Source: Isurus oxyrinchus
Lineage: Eukaryota
Reading direction: 5' to 3'
Assembly: GCA_026770705.1 (NCBI GenBank)
Contig: JANJGN010000065.1
Span: 806,001-870,000, forward strand
DNA: 64,000 bases
This document shows positions 26,121-38,989 of the stretch, piece after piece. Positions within the stretch are counted from its first letter, which is position 1. The number at the start of each line of letters is the position of its first letter. The notes beneath the pieces are model-generated. The model was not told the origin of the DNA. It saw only the letters and a list, made by a program, of their open reading frames with translations, and searched no databases. Position numbers and translations under genes: made by a program.

Positions 26121-27199
26121 TCTGATTTTCTATCATTAGGGTTTCTTCCGCATCTCCCTGATATGGAGTTCCTATTAATAAATTTGATGATAATAATTCC
26201 ATGTCGACTGCCTTAATGAGCGCAAAACTCAGCAGTCAGGGTAGTTTTTGCCATTCGACTCATTTTGTGAGCTTTCCGAGTTGAAAGGCAACATTTGCCG
26301 CTTTCTCTCATAAGATGTAACAAGAAACGGGATGCAATCGAAAGCCCTTCGCAAAGGTTTGCATTAGGTGCACCAAAAACATCGATTATTTTGTATTCTT
26401 AGAATGACCTAAAGGTAGAATTTTCAGCTCACAGTTCTTCACCATGATTTTAAATATTTTGTTCAGCGGCGTCAATGTCTCCAATCTGTTGATGTTTTAT
26501 TACAGTGCTCAGTTGTGAGGCATAACAGCTTGTGTATGGTCTTTTTGGCATGCTTAGAAAATTCAATTAGCCAATTGGCGTTTGGTGGTGTTCTGTCTCA
26601 GCTTTGGTAGCATCTGCATATTTTTGTGAGCACCCGGCACGTTTGACTTTGAGAGGGCCAACAATTTCTAAGTATGATAGTTGACGTAAGGTAACATCAA
26701 ACTGATACTGGCTTCTTTCTAACCCACATATGTAAAGGCCTCAGAAGCCTGCCTCCCATCCTGATGTTATTTTTTATTGCTATCAACATCAGTGCTTTGG
26801 ATCTCCCATATTACCATCCCACCAAAAGTTGACAGAATGCATCACCATGAAGGCGAGAGTTTTCTGCATTGGTAACACAAAAAAGAGAGAAAGGAATTCA
26901 CGCTCTTTCTTCAGTTGGAGACTAACTGACTTGAACAAAAGTGGTCTAATTGAAATTTACTATACTCTGCAAGTATCAGTGAAATTATACGCACATTCAT
27001 TGACTTCCCAAGTCTTATTTGCACACAGATCTCTTCATTACGTGGTTACAGGAACTCATTTACCTGAAGGTGATCCCTTTGCTGACATGCTGTGTTTATG
27101 ACTATTAACCCCGTGTTGGCCTTATAAGCTCCCTAAGATCGGAACATTTCTCTACAGAACAATTTATGAAATAATGTTGGGTGGCCCTCACCTGGGACC

Positions 27200-27975
27200 C
27201 TTCAATACACGCAAAATTCATGCCAACTCTCTAAGTATATCTCTTTAGCGTCATGTATGGTTTTACCCATATGTAATAGTAGCCACAAAAATATCTTAGT
27301 CACCCGATGGTTCTGTATGATATCTAATCCACTGTGATGCCTTTTCATGCTTCGACACCTGCTCGTTTGTCGTGGACTTTCCATGCCAGTACTAATTAAA
27401 TCCCTTCATAACGTATGTGAGGCCCTTTCCCCCATACCTGCATGTTCCTTCAAATGGGATTCATCAGCCGATCCATTATGGAAATTCAGAAACTCTTCCT
27501 TATTTCCAATTCTGGTAATGTATACTCCCACTCCATGGCTTTCACTGCCTGTCCATCAAACCGGACATTCAATCACTTTTTTTTATAATGTCCAGTATAT
27601 TTCCCTGCAGTTTCCGATACCTTGGAATGAATTGGCTGTCTTATGAGGAAAGGTTAGATAGGCTACGCTTTATTCCACTGGATTTCAAAACTTTGAACAG
27701 TTTCTAGATTGAAGTACGTATGATCCTGAATTTCCTTGATGCCATGGATGTGGAAATTATTCCCCCTCTTTGAGGGTGAGACCAAAGATAGGGGGCATTG
27801 TTTTACAATGAAGAGTCGCCTTAGAGGACAGAGAGGAGGAAGTTTTTTTTTTCTCTCTCAAAAGTTTGTGCGACTTTGGAATCACTGCCTCAAAAGGCGA
27901 CGGAAATGGAGCAATGAATAATTTTAAGGCAGAGGGAGATATATTATTATTAGGCAATGGAATCAAAGGTTATTG
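27200..27975. mobile_element. CR1 fragments (minus ~27200-27600, plus ~27605-27975)
   Basis: The plus part matches the CR1 ORF2 end/3' UTR (tatgaggaaaggttagataggcta...aggcaatggaatcaaaggtta). The minus part is decayed RT. Confidence 0.55.
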
Positions 27976-30205
27976 CAAAATACTGTGGATGCAGGAAATC
28001 TGAAATAAAAACAGAAAATGCTGGAAATACACAACAGTTTTGGCAGTATCTGTGGAAAGGAGAAGAAAGTTAACATTGTTATTACAGCTGACTCTCCTTA
28101 AGAGTGAAAGGTAAATAGAAATGTGATCGAGTTGCTACAATGAAATAGGGGATGGGGCAGGTGGAGCAAGGTAGAGGTTCAGGGGCAGGTGACTGCTGAG
28201 AAGAGATTGATGCCTGAGAAAGACAAAGTGATTTGATTGAATGGACGTGAGACAAAGGGAGTGTTAATGAAAATGTGAAAGAGTAAAGACTGTGCTGGGT
28301 TTGGCATAAAGGTACAAAAGGTGAAGCTGTTAAGAGCAGAACAGGGTTCAGTGCTCTGTGAAAGAATTACATAGAAACAAGAGAAGGCTCTTTGGGGCAG
28401 GGAGGCTGCAAAAAAGAATTAAAACTGAACAAAAATAACATGAAAAAAATAAAAATTATGCTTCCATGAATACAAAAATTAATTCAATAGGTAAATAAAA
28501 GTTCGATTTTTGAAAGTTGGTCAAGGTGGAGGAGGTCAAAATCATTGTTACGTCCACGAGGCTGTAACGTGCCTAATTGGAAGATGTGATGTTGTTCCTC
28601 CAGTTTCTATTGGGTAATAATGGAAGTCGGAGCAGGATCTGGAAAAAGATGGATTTTGCTTTCAATTTACATCCCTGTTTCATCTTCACGTCGCCCATCT
28701 GTGACATTTTCCTTCCCATCTTTGACCTCTCTGTTTCAATTCCTGGTGATAAGATGTCCACCAACATTCATTTCAAGTCCAATGACTTCCACAGGTACCT
28801 CAACTATAGCCGCTGACATGCTACTTCCTGCAGGGGCTACATTCCGTTCTCTCAGTTCTACCAATTCCACTGCATCTGTTCCAATGATTCTGCCTTCAAT
28901 AATGGCGCTTGCCTCATGCCTTCCTTCTTCCTTAACCAATGTTTACATCACGATGGTTGAAAGTGTCATCAACAATTTCCGACTCATCTCCCCCAACTCT
29001 GCCTTCACTATTACCCCTCCTTGCCGGAAGCATATAAGAGCCCTCGTTGTCCTCACTTGTCACCCCATCAGGTTTGATATTTTATTTGATAGCGTTTCGG
29101 CCTCCTCTATCACAATACCAGCACTAAGCATATCTTTCCCTCACCATCCCACCCCATCCCCCCGCCCTCTCACCAACATTGGCACGGTGACAACCTGGTC
29201 CAGTCCTCCATCACTCCTGAAACATTATCCCCTTCCCAGAGCATCTTCCCATGCAATCACAGAAAATGCAAATCCAGCCCATTTAGCTCATCTCTCTTCT
29301 TAATACACAACCTCAAGGATTCCTTTCAGGTGAAGGAGCACTTCACCAGCTCTTCCTTCAATTTGGGCAGCTGTATTCGCTGCTAGAAAAGTGGTCTTCT
29401 CTACTTTGGAGAGATTAAACGCAGAATTGGTGACCGATTTGCATAATGCCTTGGCTCATTTCATGTGCATGACACATAACTTTCTGCCGTCTGTCTTTCA
29501 ACACACGACCTTGCTCTCATCACAGTTCTACATTCTCGGCCTGCTTCAAAGTTCTGGCGAAGCACAATGGAACCTGAACAGACAAAACCACACTTTCCGA
29601 TCAGCAGCTTTTCAGTCTTCCAGAATTAAATTTGAGGTCAATAACTTTAGACCATACCTTTGTCATCCATCTTTACGTCTTTTTTATACATTTCTTTCTT
29701 TTTTCCAACATTTTAACTTTTATTTGTTTTGTTTAAAAATGTATTAATCTATTTTTTAGCCATTTTACGCATCCCACCACATCCAGTGACCCTCACCCCC
29801 AAGCCCATTGTGCCACCTATCACTTGTCTTCATGTTGTGATTTCACAGAGCTCTGACCCTTGCTTTGCCATTAACACGTTCTGGCCTTACTTAAATGCGA
29901 CAACCAACACCTTATTTAGTGTTTTCCACTACTTTTAACACTCACTATGTCTTGTGTCTGTATCATTTCTGTCAATTTTTCCTTAGCTGTCACCAAACCC
30001 TGACTTTCATTCTTGTTCCACCTGCTCCACCAGCTCTTCAACAACTTAAAATCCAACACATTTCCCCTCCTCTTATGTACAAAGAAGGGTCATACGGACT
30101 CGAAAGTTTAATTATGTTTCTCCCTCCAGAGATGCTGCCAGATCTGCAGTCTTTTCCCAGCATTTTCTCTTATCATTTCCGATTTCCATCATCAGCGCAT
30201 TTTGC
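27976..30205. mobile_element. Older Penelope-like element in head-to-head arrangement (reverse 3' end ~27976-28600; forward RT C-term/GIY-YIG/3' end ~28650-30205)
   Basis: GIY-YIG remnant QVKEHFTSSSFNLGSCIRC*KSGLLYFGEIKRRIGDRFA at ~29330-29445. Both outer ends carry the gatgctgccaga...cagcattt...atttcc terminal motif. Decayed hammerhead-like gaagggtcatacggactcgaaa at ~30085-30105. Confidence 0.8.
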
Positions 30206-30214
30206 TTTCTTTAT

Positions 30215-30810
30215 CTATCAAAACATTGAGTACAAATGCAAGGAATTTATTCAGAACGAGTATGTTGCTTTGTTCGCCCACAACAGCATTACTGTTCCGT
30301 GGTAGGTTCATTAATCCTCAGAAAAGGATAACTGCCTCTTTGGAAGGAAGCACACGTTATTTACCAGAATGGTTTCAGAAATATTACATTTTCCTTCTAA
30401 GTTTTCCTTGCGGCAGCTAGTGTTGCTCTGCCTGAAGCAAAATAGATTGATGGGGGATCTGATGACAGTGCGCAAGATCGTGATTGGCTTAGATGCATTA
30501 GAGAAATAAGTTTCCAATCCATCAGACGACTTTGCAAACGAGGGGCCCAGATTTAAGCTGTTAGGACCAAGAACTGGAGAGAAAGGGGTATTAACATTAT
30601 CATGCAGTTAGCACTAAGGGGTTGGAACGTCCTGCCTATGAGCTTGGTGGGAAATGGAGTAACCAATTATTTCAGTGAGAAGCTAGAAAACGCTTATGCA
30701 AAATATACCAGCGGGACTCTGATAATAGATTCGGGAATGGGAACGATTGGTTCGCTGCTGGGCGTGCCAACAAAATCTGGATGGACTGAATAACCTCTTC
30801 TACGGTTTTG
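30215..30810 (+). mobile_element. Old CR1 LINE 3' fragment
   Basis: Decayed ORF2 end and 3' UTR (gatggactgaataacctcttct). Confidence 0.55.
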
Positions 30811-31679
30811 ATGACTTAAGGACTATTAATCAGGGTACAAAATATCATTATAGAGTCACCAACTGTTCTTTTTAACTTCACGTCAGTATGAGCAACAAAG
30901 GCACTAAAAACGTTTACAAGTCATGGGGTAGAACTTTGTGTCCCCCTGCCGGCGTGTTTGTGGTGAGTGTAAAATCTGCCAGATGACCATCTGGACGTGT
31001 TCACGCAAGCCCAGACCTCGACACAATTGTACGACGACCCTTATGCAATTGAAGCCATTAACTGGCCAATTTTTGAAAACTTAATGTTTGTCTCCGCCCA
31101 GCCATAATGCTGTTTAGATGATGATTTCAAGTTGGGGTGTTTGGGGGGGGGGGGGGGGGGGGGGGGTGGGGGGTGGGGGGGTGGTGGTGTTGGGGGGAGG
31201 ACTTACGGGAGTGCTGGTGTTCCATCAGCAGCCATTGTCTAATACCGATAGACTGCTCAAAAACCCTCACGCTTGCGGGGTTCCTCCGCTCCCCCGCCTC
31301 TCAACAGACACCCCAAATATGTTTTTTTTCGCCTCCTCCAACCTCACCTCCCCTACGTATCCTGAGAAATCCAAAAACTATTGTTTCTCTAGGGCTAAGG
31401 CCTTGGGGACTTCTTCCGGAACTGGGACTAGCGAAGAGTTGGCCAGTCAGTTTCACTCTCAGATCTCTGAGGCGGGACTTACTCCCGATTTTTCGTCGTA
31501 GGTCCCACCTGAATCTAATAAATGCACGTTGAAACACTGAATGGCTGCCGGACAGGCAGTATCAGGGATATATTGCCATCCAAGAAGACCTGTTCACATG
31601 TGGGTAAGTCTTATGGCACTGCAGTTAGTAAAGATTGCATTGTTTAAATCCCGGAGGGAAACTTGAACAGCTATCATAA

Positions 31680-32427
31680 CCTATATTTTGAATAGGTATT
31701 TTTCAGATGCAGTACTGAATTCATGAATAAGACCATCAAGCTGCAAGAGTATTTTTAATGTAAAACTAAATTAAAAGTTTGTTAAATTAACAACGAATTA
31801 AACAAATAAACATGTCTACAAATTACTAGCGTAATAATGAAGTTAAAAGAATCCCTACAACAATAACTACCACGTAAATCTTCACAGAGGCAATAAGAAC
31901 AGATAGATTTTAAATAGACACCATGCAAAACACATTTGACCTTAAAAAATCTAAATTAGGTTCATTTCAATTTGTTTCCTTTTCAGACAGAGTTGTGCAC
32001 TTACAGACTGATTAGATCTGAAATGTCACTGACAGATGCAAACAAACACCTTTTTGTCTAGACCGAGCTTAATCTTTGAATGTAAATTTTCTATTGTAAT
32101 GTTTAAAAAAGAAACCGCTCTTAGAAATATTCTTTTCATTCCATAAATTTAATTTGTGATATAAACACATTGCGTGGCGTTTCCCGGCTTGGTGCAAGAT
32201 TTTACATATTCTTTTGAATTGTTTCTTCAACTGATGCAAAGTTATGCTTTACTTTCTACACCTCCCGTTTACCATAATGACACCCCAACCTACTATGCAT
32301 CTAAGCAACCAGGCTAGCAGGCTTTAATCCAATTAAGACCCACAGAGCCAAACAGAGGCAGGCTAAAAAAAAATCCAATTTAAAATAATTTCCAATTCCA
32401 GTATAGAAAATAATATTTCTTCATGAC
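31680..32427 (-). repeat. Solo LTR related to the Gmr1-like LTRs
   Basis: Shares aaactaaattaaa, ttgaatgtaaatttt, ggtgcaagatttt, gctttaatccaattaa and the terminal ttcatgaca with 10070-10819 and 20284-20948. No internal coding sequence is adjacent. Confidence 0.6.
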
Positions 32428-33196
32428 AGTAGGATATTTGACTGAAAATTGGCTTGAGCCTTCAGTTGCTCATCTGTCGTTATTCCTTGCATAAGCCTCA
32501 GATATACGAGAAAATCAAGTTTCCCACAATAATCTAAGGCAATCAGAGAATGCCTGTCAGCAACTTCACCACCCGAGAAAGAATTGTGTGAGAGACTGGA
32601 AAGATAAAAGGAACTGTTTAGAATTCGAGCAAAGAAGGAGAGTGTTATAGGAAGAAATTGAGGGTGGAAGACTTTAGTAGCTCCTATAGCCTTACGAACT
32701 ACAAAATTGGACAAATCACAACTTCGTTAAAATGTACTCAGTCACCTTTTCCATCATGCAGCCTTGATTCTGAAATCGGACGCACCAAAGCTACCCTGCA
32801 CGACAATCGGAACTTTGCTCATTGTGTGCTACTCAACATCATGAATTGTACAAAGGTAAGCACTTTTATTCCTGACAAGTTCTCCGTCTACGTCAAATTC
32901 CCCTTGGAGTGCAAGGTGTCTCAAATATTTGAGCAGCGGGCAAAGCAAAAAGTATTTTTTCACTGTGGTAGTGCAATAGTGGCACAGTGTTGCCAACAAG
33001 CGAAAATATGATCTTCTTACCACACAAATTAGTAACGTGCTGGATGAGTTCCATAGTTTCTATGATTATTGCTTTCTAGGCGATATGTCCCAATGACTGG
33101 TGCATCGTTTCAACAACAGTTCAATTCTATTGCTTCTACTGACCCGACTCAAGCACCCCGTTTTTGTAAAACACAGGAGAAACAATCAAACTTTAA

Positions 33197-33314
33197 AATA
33201 AAAATTAAAAAACTGCGGATGCTGGAAATCCAAAACAAAAACAGAATTACCTGGAAAAACTCAGCAGATCTGGCAGCAGACCTGATGAGTTTTTCCAGGT
33301 AACTATGTTTTTGT
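33197..33314. mobile_element. Minimal fold-back Penelope-like 3'-end insertion
   Basis: A reverse arm is joined directly to a short forward arm. Perfect 13-bp TSD aatcaaactttaa at 33184-33196 and 33315-33327. Confidence 0.85.
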
Positions 33315-33869
33315 AATCAAACTTTAAGTGTGATTCAGCAATTGGGGAGACTTACATAACAATCTCCAGTGTATTGAGATTTACACTCGCACTCAATATA
33401 AGATTAACAAACGGCTTGCAGTCAGGCTCACTCACATTTGCTAGTACCCTTTTATGCAGCATTCAGACGCAAGGCATTGTCCCATGTAAATACAATAACA
33501 TGCCCAGTCACTGCGCCTTATTTAAGTAAAAGGATTGGGGTTCAAAATTTCCTTGGAACATTCTTAATGCCAAAACATCGAAAATATTAACCGATTTGCC
33601 TGCATTGAATTTAAAGAAACGATTGAGCATATTTGTTGCTTGTGCATTGCTCATGAAAACACCTCAAGAAATCAATGTCCGCTTGCCAACCAATCAACAT
33701 TATTTTTCAAGCATATAAATTATTGTTACATTTTAAATTTGGAATTCTAGTGGATACTGTCCTGATGACTGAAAACTAAAAGCTTCCACAACATGTTTAT
33801 CTTTGGAGCCAGATTCAAATCCACTACTTATGAACATTTGGAAACAGTTGTACAAGATAACAAGTAACA

Positions 33870-35620
33870 GGCTGATTAACGAAATTGAGACTTATCCAAC
33901 AGGAGAGTCAGTGGCCAACGGGCCAAAAGTAAATAAATACATGGAGTAGAAAACAGCGAGTGGTAATTATGATTTTTTTTTCAGTTTGCTGATTTTCGGC
34001 AGCAGTATTCCAAATTGATGACCGATGGCACCATTACGTTCTGTTGCAAGATGTACACAGATAGGATCTTGGGTAACCGAGTGAAATTACAAACTTTGCT
34101 CGTAATGCCAAACCAAGAGGAATGGAAAACAGTGACGATGGTACAAATCAGCTGAAAAATATACAAAGTCCAGAAGACTGGGCAGACAAATGACATATGA
34201 CATTTACCAAAGGGAACAGTGATGCTGTGATTATTTTATTAAAATAAGTTATATGAATAAGTAATGTGGGCATAATGGCAGAGCTACAACTAAAGTAAAG
34301 GAAGAGAGGGATGTGTTGCTGCAGGTGGTTATAAAGGCATATTGGACCTTTGGTCTTATAAAGAGTAGTGATGAGATCAAAAAAAAGAAATTATATTCTT
34401 AACATTTCTAAACAACTGGTGATGACCCAAATGTATTAATGTTTCTCATTCGTCCAGGACTCTTCAGGAATGATGCGAGAGACTTTGTGGGCTGGCACAG
34501 AGATTTAGAAGATGAGTTTCCATAATGGGAAATTTTTGTCGTAAAATTAGTTAGGAAAAGCTGGGATTGTTCTTCTTTATGTAAAATAGGGGTGGAGATA
34601 GTTGATAGATTACTAAAAGGTTATAACATAACTCAGTAAGGGAGTCAACGAAAACATGTTCCTCTAGCCTGATGGTTCTAGCACTATGGGTCATACATTC
34701 AATGTCAAGAGCTAAAGATACATCGGGAATATAACTCGGATCGAGTCCTTCAGAACGCAGAGGTTGTTAGTGGCAATTAGAACGCAGCCCAAGATGTGAC
34801 TGGAAGGGGAATCAATCAATTCCAGGGCACTTTGCACGGCAGAACGTCTCTTTCCTTCATTCATGGAGTCGGCTGAATTACATTCCCGCCTGCCAAGGCT
34901 ACCAGCGCACACTCTAACGAATGTTAAGTGGTTGAAGTTAGGGCTTCTGCCCTACCCGCTGGAGGAAGTCCGCCTCAGAAAACTGATGGCCATTCTGATC
35001 GAGTGCTAACCGTTTTGCCTTGTGTGTAGGAGTTGCATTAGCCAGGACTAGCACGGTCATCTCTTCCCAGAACATAAGTCCCTGGATTCCAGGGCCAAGT
35101 TAACCATGGGACGGCCATGTCTCAAGTCCGGCCAGGTTAGTTGAAGGCTGGCATGGAAGTGGTGGAGAGACAATGTCGGTGGAGAAGCCGGGTGTGGGCA
35201 TTATACCCCGCAGGGCTCAGCCATTCCTACCAGAGGCCTGAATATGGTTAACTTGCTGGCTGCCCCACTGTCCCACAACTCCTCCGGCCAGCCTGAAAAT
35301 TGGTTCTGGGTGAGATATGGCACTTGAATGAGCGATCATGGACTATTTAAGAGCCTCAAATGAGGTAGGGGCTGGTGGGTTGTTCTCAGCTTCGCCCATC
35401 CCGGCATAATATTCCGTAGGAGGGAACCCGTGGGAAGGCCTTCCAGAAATTTGATCGCTACCCTGTGCATTCAGAGGAAGTTGAATTCTCCTCTAAAGAT
35501 TTCAAACGGTACTTGAATGTGCACTTGAAGTAATTAAGCTGGAACTGCTATGGGATACAAATGATGTTTCAAGCATGTCTATATAGCTCTCAGAGAACCC
35601 AGCATACACACCGTTGACTA
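33870..35620 (+). mobile_element. Old CR1 fragment interrupted by a GC-richer MITE-like insertion (~34870-35492)
   Basis: CR1-like sequence stops near 34830 and resumes near 35495. The insert has ggctgaatt...aattctcc TIR-like ends resembling the Harbinger end at 5688-5700. Confidence 0.5.
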
Positions 35621-35629
35621 TATTCAGGA

Positions 35630-35945
35630 AGGTGGTAGCAATGCGATACTGTCATTCTACTAGCATTGTGGCCTGTGTTCGAAATCCACGAAGGCAAATT
35701 GTGAAATTCGAATTCAAGAAAAATCTGGAATTAAAAGTCTGATCACTAAGATATCATTTTTACTTGTTGAGCAAACGCTTCTGGTTTAGTGACGTGCTCT
35801 TGGGAAGGAAATCAGCCTGCATTTCCTGTTCTTCTCTGCATGTAACTACAGACACACAGCAATATAGTTCACACTGAAACTGTCCTCTGAACAAGGGCTA
35901 TTGCGAAGGGGCAATAAATGACCGATGCCCAAATCCCATTAGCAA
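35630..35945 (+). mobile_element. tRNA-derived SINE (HE1-like)
   Basis: B-box-like GTTCGAAATCC, body tgaaattcgaattcaagaaaaatctggaatt, and tail gcaataaatg..cgatgcccaaatccca. Confidence 0.65.
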
Positions 35946-38329
35946 ATTGAAAAAAAAACACACCTTCTTATGCGTCCTAAATTACTCAATTGCTGTAGAT
36001 TCCATCATTGCTTTGGAATGCACCAAACATCGAAATTAATGTATCTTTTGGCAGTTCAGAATGCTTTACTGTTTTGAAGGCAGACAGAAGCTATTATATC
36101 TGTCTAAGCGTTAAAACGGCAAAACAGATTAGAGAGCTGATTTGCACAGCATTGTTGAAAACAAGTGGTTGAGTTTAAGTAACTAGCTCCAGGCCTGACA
36201 CTGACCTAGCTTTGCAATAATGTACAATGCAAGAAAATATTTTATGCAGTGGAAAATTAATTCTAATTCATTTGATACTATAGCAAATTTTATATCTCTT
36301 CCTTCACTCGAGTGTATGATCACTTTCAGAAGTAGGTAAATGGAAACAATTAACTTTAATGTTAAATTCAGTTTATAATCACAGAGCAGTCACTGGCAAA
36401 TTTGGTAAGCACATTTAAACTCAGGGCATTAAAATTCTTGATTAACCATAAGAAAGGGAAAACAGATTTGCTTGCCTTGCCTTACCCACTTCCATTCATT
36501 TGTTCGCTCAACTACAAGTTTCATTTTGGAGGGATTTAAGAACCCGGCCACCTGCACTAAATTTCGGCAGGTTCAGAAATTAACACTCGTATTAAGTTGC
36601 CTCTAACTCCAAGGTGCAGTATGTGGACTTTACGATTCATCCCATTCTTCGTGCTAGTGAAACAATTCAGAGACCGATACATTTTCACGTCCCAGTCACC
36701 ATATAGTTCAGGAACCGGACTCGGCTGGTCCCATATCAGTGCTGCCAAATTCTGGACAAGTGTTATTTGTCCCTGTGCTCTCTTTAGAAGTGTTCTGTTC
36801 CCATGCTATTGTGTCCGCCACCACATCTCTCAAACGTAAGTTCCTCACCCGCCCCGGCATTAAATCCCATCTAACATTTTTGTGCTCATTCTGCTCGCCT
36901 ATGGAGCTATCTATTTTGTTGGAATTGCAACACTCTCTGTTGCACCACGCATAGCACCATTGGCAAACTTTGAAAGTGTCTTTCACGTTCCACAGTGGCT
37001 ATTTCACTGCACATTGTAGAGCACCACTCTCGAGATCTTCCAGTCTAAAACACAACCATTTGCAAGGAATCAGACTCTATTGTCCTGAAGTATTTTCATC
37101 AATGCTGAAAAACTTCCTACTTTTCCATCTATCCAATCAGACGCCTGCTGTTCTTTTCCTCAGGCGCTTCACCCAGGAAGTAATGGAAATTCATGGACTT
37201 ACATCCATCTAATAGTCCCTTTTGAGGAGCAACCAGTCCACAGGTCAGAAGGAGCAGGAGTGATTATCCAGGGGTTAATGTCATTCTCTTCATCGGGGTG
37301 CAGCCAGGGAGGTAGCGGGGATCTCATCTATCACTAACCTGTTTGTTAAAATGCCTTCTAAATATGCCAGGAAAACGCCCAGGATATCCCACGAAAAGAA
37401 AAATACTTGTATGTCCTTTTTCACTCTCCAGAATTCCTCACACCTCGTTTAATTTGTTTAGCTCCCACTTGAAAAATTTTCCGACATGGTATCATTTTGT
37501 TAGTTGTATCATGTGCTCTTCCTCCTCCTATGTCCAAGAACCTCTAGCTTTGGTTCCATTCTCTATAGCCGTTAATATATACAGTCCAGTCTGTACCTGA
37601 ATCGTTTCCGACTTAATGTGGCTCAAAGAGTTTTGTGCGAGCTATTGGGTTAAATTCATGTATCACTGGCACCATAACTTGTGAAAGAGGGAATGTTACC
37701 TTTGGGCTGACTCCCTTTAAATGGAACTATGATCCATGACTCAGTAAATCCTACAAGTGTGAATATGTGAGAGAGTAAAAGGGTGCAGCGGAGTTTATCT
37801 AAAAGCAGACTGAGAAACGTCATTTGAAAAAGAAAAGTTGAGAGTCAAATTGAAAAACAGTTGGACTGAAGTGAAGCATCACACATCAGGTTGTGAGGAG
37901 AGAGATTAACGATCTTAGTGGCTTGCAAATAAGGTCCACCTAACGAAATAGCAGTGAAAACCTAAATATTAGGGCGCTTTATATGAGTCAGTCAGGACTA
38001 ATGTTTTCACCATAAGGTAGATGAATAAGAGGAACACGACTGTTAAATTGCCACAGACATAATCCAATAATTTTGGAGTTTATTATCAATGTACCATTTG
38101 TTTAATCACATTGGCAAATGTCGCCTGCAAGATAAGTCTATATTTCATGGTATTTGCCCGGAACGTGACAATTCAAAACATTTGAGGGATAAGGCTAACT
38201 ATCATTCAGTTCTGTACTGTAAAATAAGTTTCATCAGTAATTACATTTGGAAACTCTGCTGGTAAGCAATGGTTATGATAAATTCATTTTGTAGTTAGGT
38301 TTGAACGACACATTCAAATTGCGAACTAA

Positions 38330-38500
38330 AAGGAAAATATTGTGAATGCTGGAAATCTGAAACAAAAACAAAAAAGCTGGAAAATTCCAAAGCTCTGAGA
38401 AAGGATCTTACAGTCTCGAAAGATTGACTCCCTGCTTTTGTTTTTCTCTCCACAGATGCTTCTAGGTCTGCTGAGATTTCCAACATTTTCTGTTTTTGCA
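38330..38500. mobile_element. Older fold-back Penelope-like 3'-end remnant
   Basis: Reverse (atgctggaaatctgaaacaaaaac) and forward (ctctccacagatgct...ctgctgagatttccaacattttctgttttt) terminal motifs. No clear TSD. Confidence 0.6.
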
Positions 38501-38989
38501 CTTGACACTTCTAGTTCAACAAAGCAGGTCAGCCAATAGACTAAAACATGCACTGGTAAAAGCGCAGACCGAAACATATAAAGAAACAATCCAAAATAAT
38601 ATAATATCCGAATGAGCAGAATCCCAGAGGAGCCGCCTAGAAATCATGTTAAGTCCTCCACGTCGCCAATGTAGTCAAACAAGAAATTGTTTTGGGTTTT
38701 TCGTTTGTTTTTTTTGCACTGCAGTGTGAAATTGTAAAGCATCTTTGTGGCGTTGGCGACGTCAGCCAGGTTCGCAGGCATTGATTGCGTTCATCAGTTC
38801 CATGATGTTGCACGCTTCTGTGGTGTCACACAGATCTAATTGTTCGGCGATGTCAAACCACAGGTTTGGTGAACAGGAACAATAATGCCAAATGTCAATT
38901 TAACACGAGAATTGTTCGATGGGATTTGCTATTCAGATGACAGGAATGGTTCTCAAATTGCACATAAGTGGAACATCACTGAGAAAGTA

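Noticed and set aside
28620-29303. 227-aa ORF
   Set aside because: It is an off-frame/frameshifted reading across a decayed Penelope RT region, not a host gene.
31143-31200. Long G/C homopolymer runs (also ~41380-41423, ~45800-45827, ~49987-50016) as G-quadruplex elements
   Set aside because: They look like simple slippage expansions, at least one inside a repeat (49987-50016). Lengths are unreliable in assemblies and there is no evidence of function.
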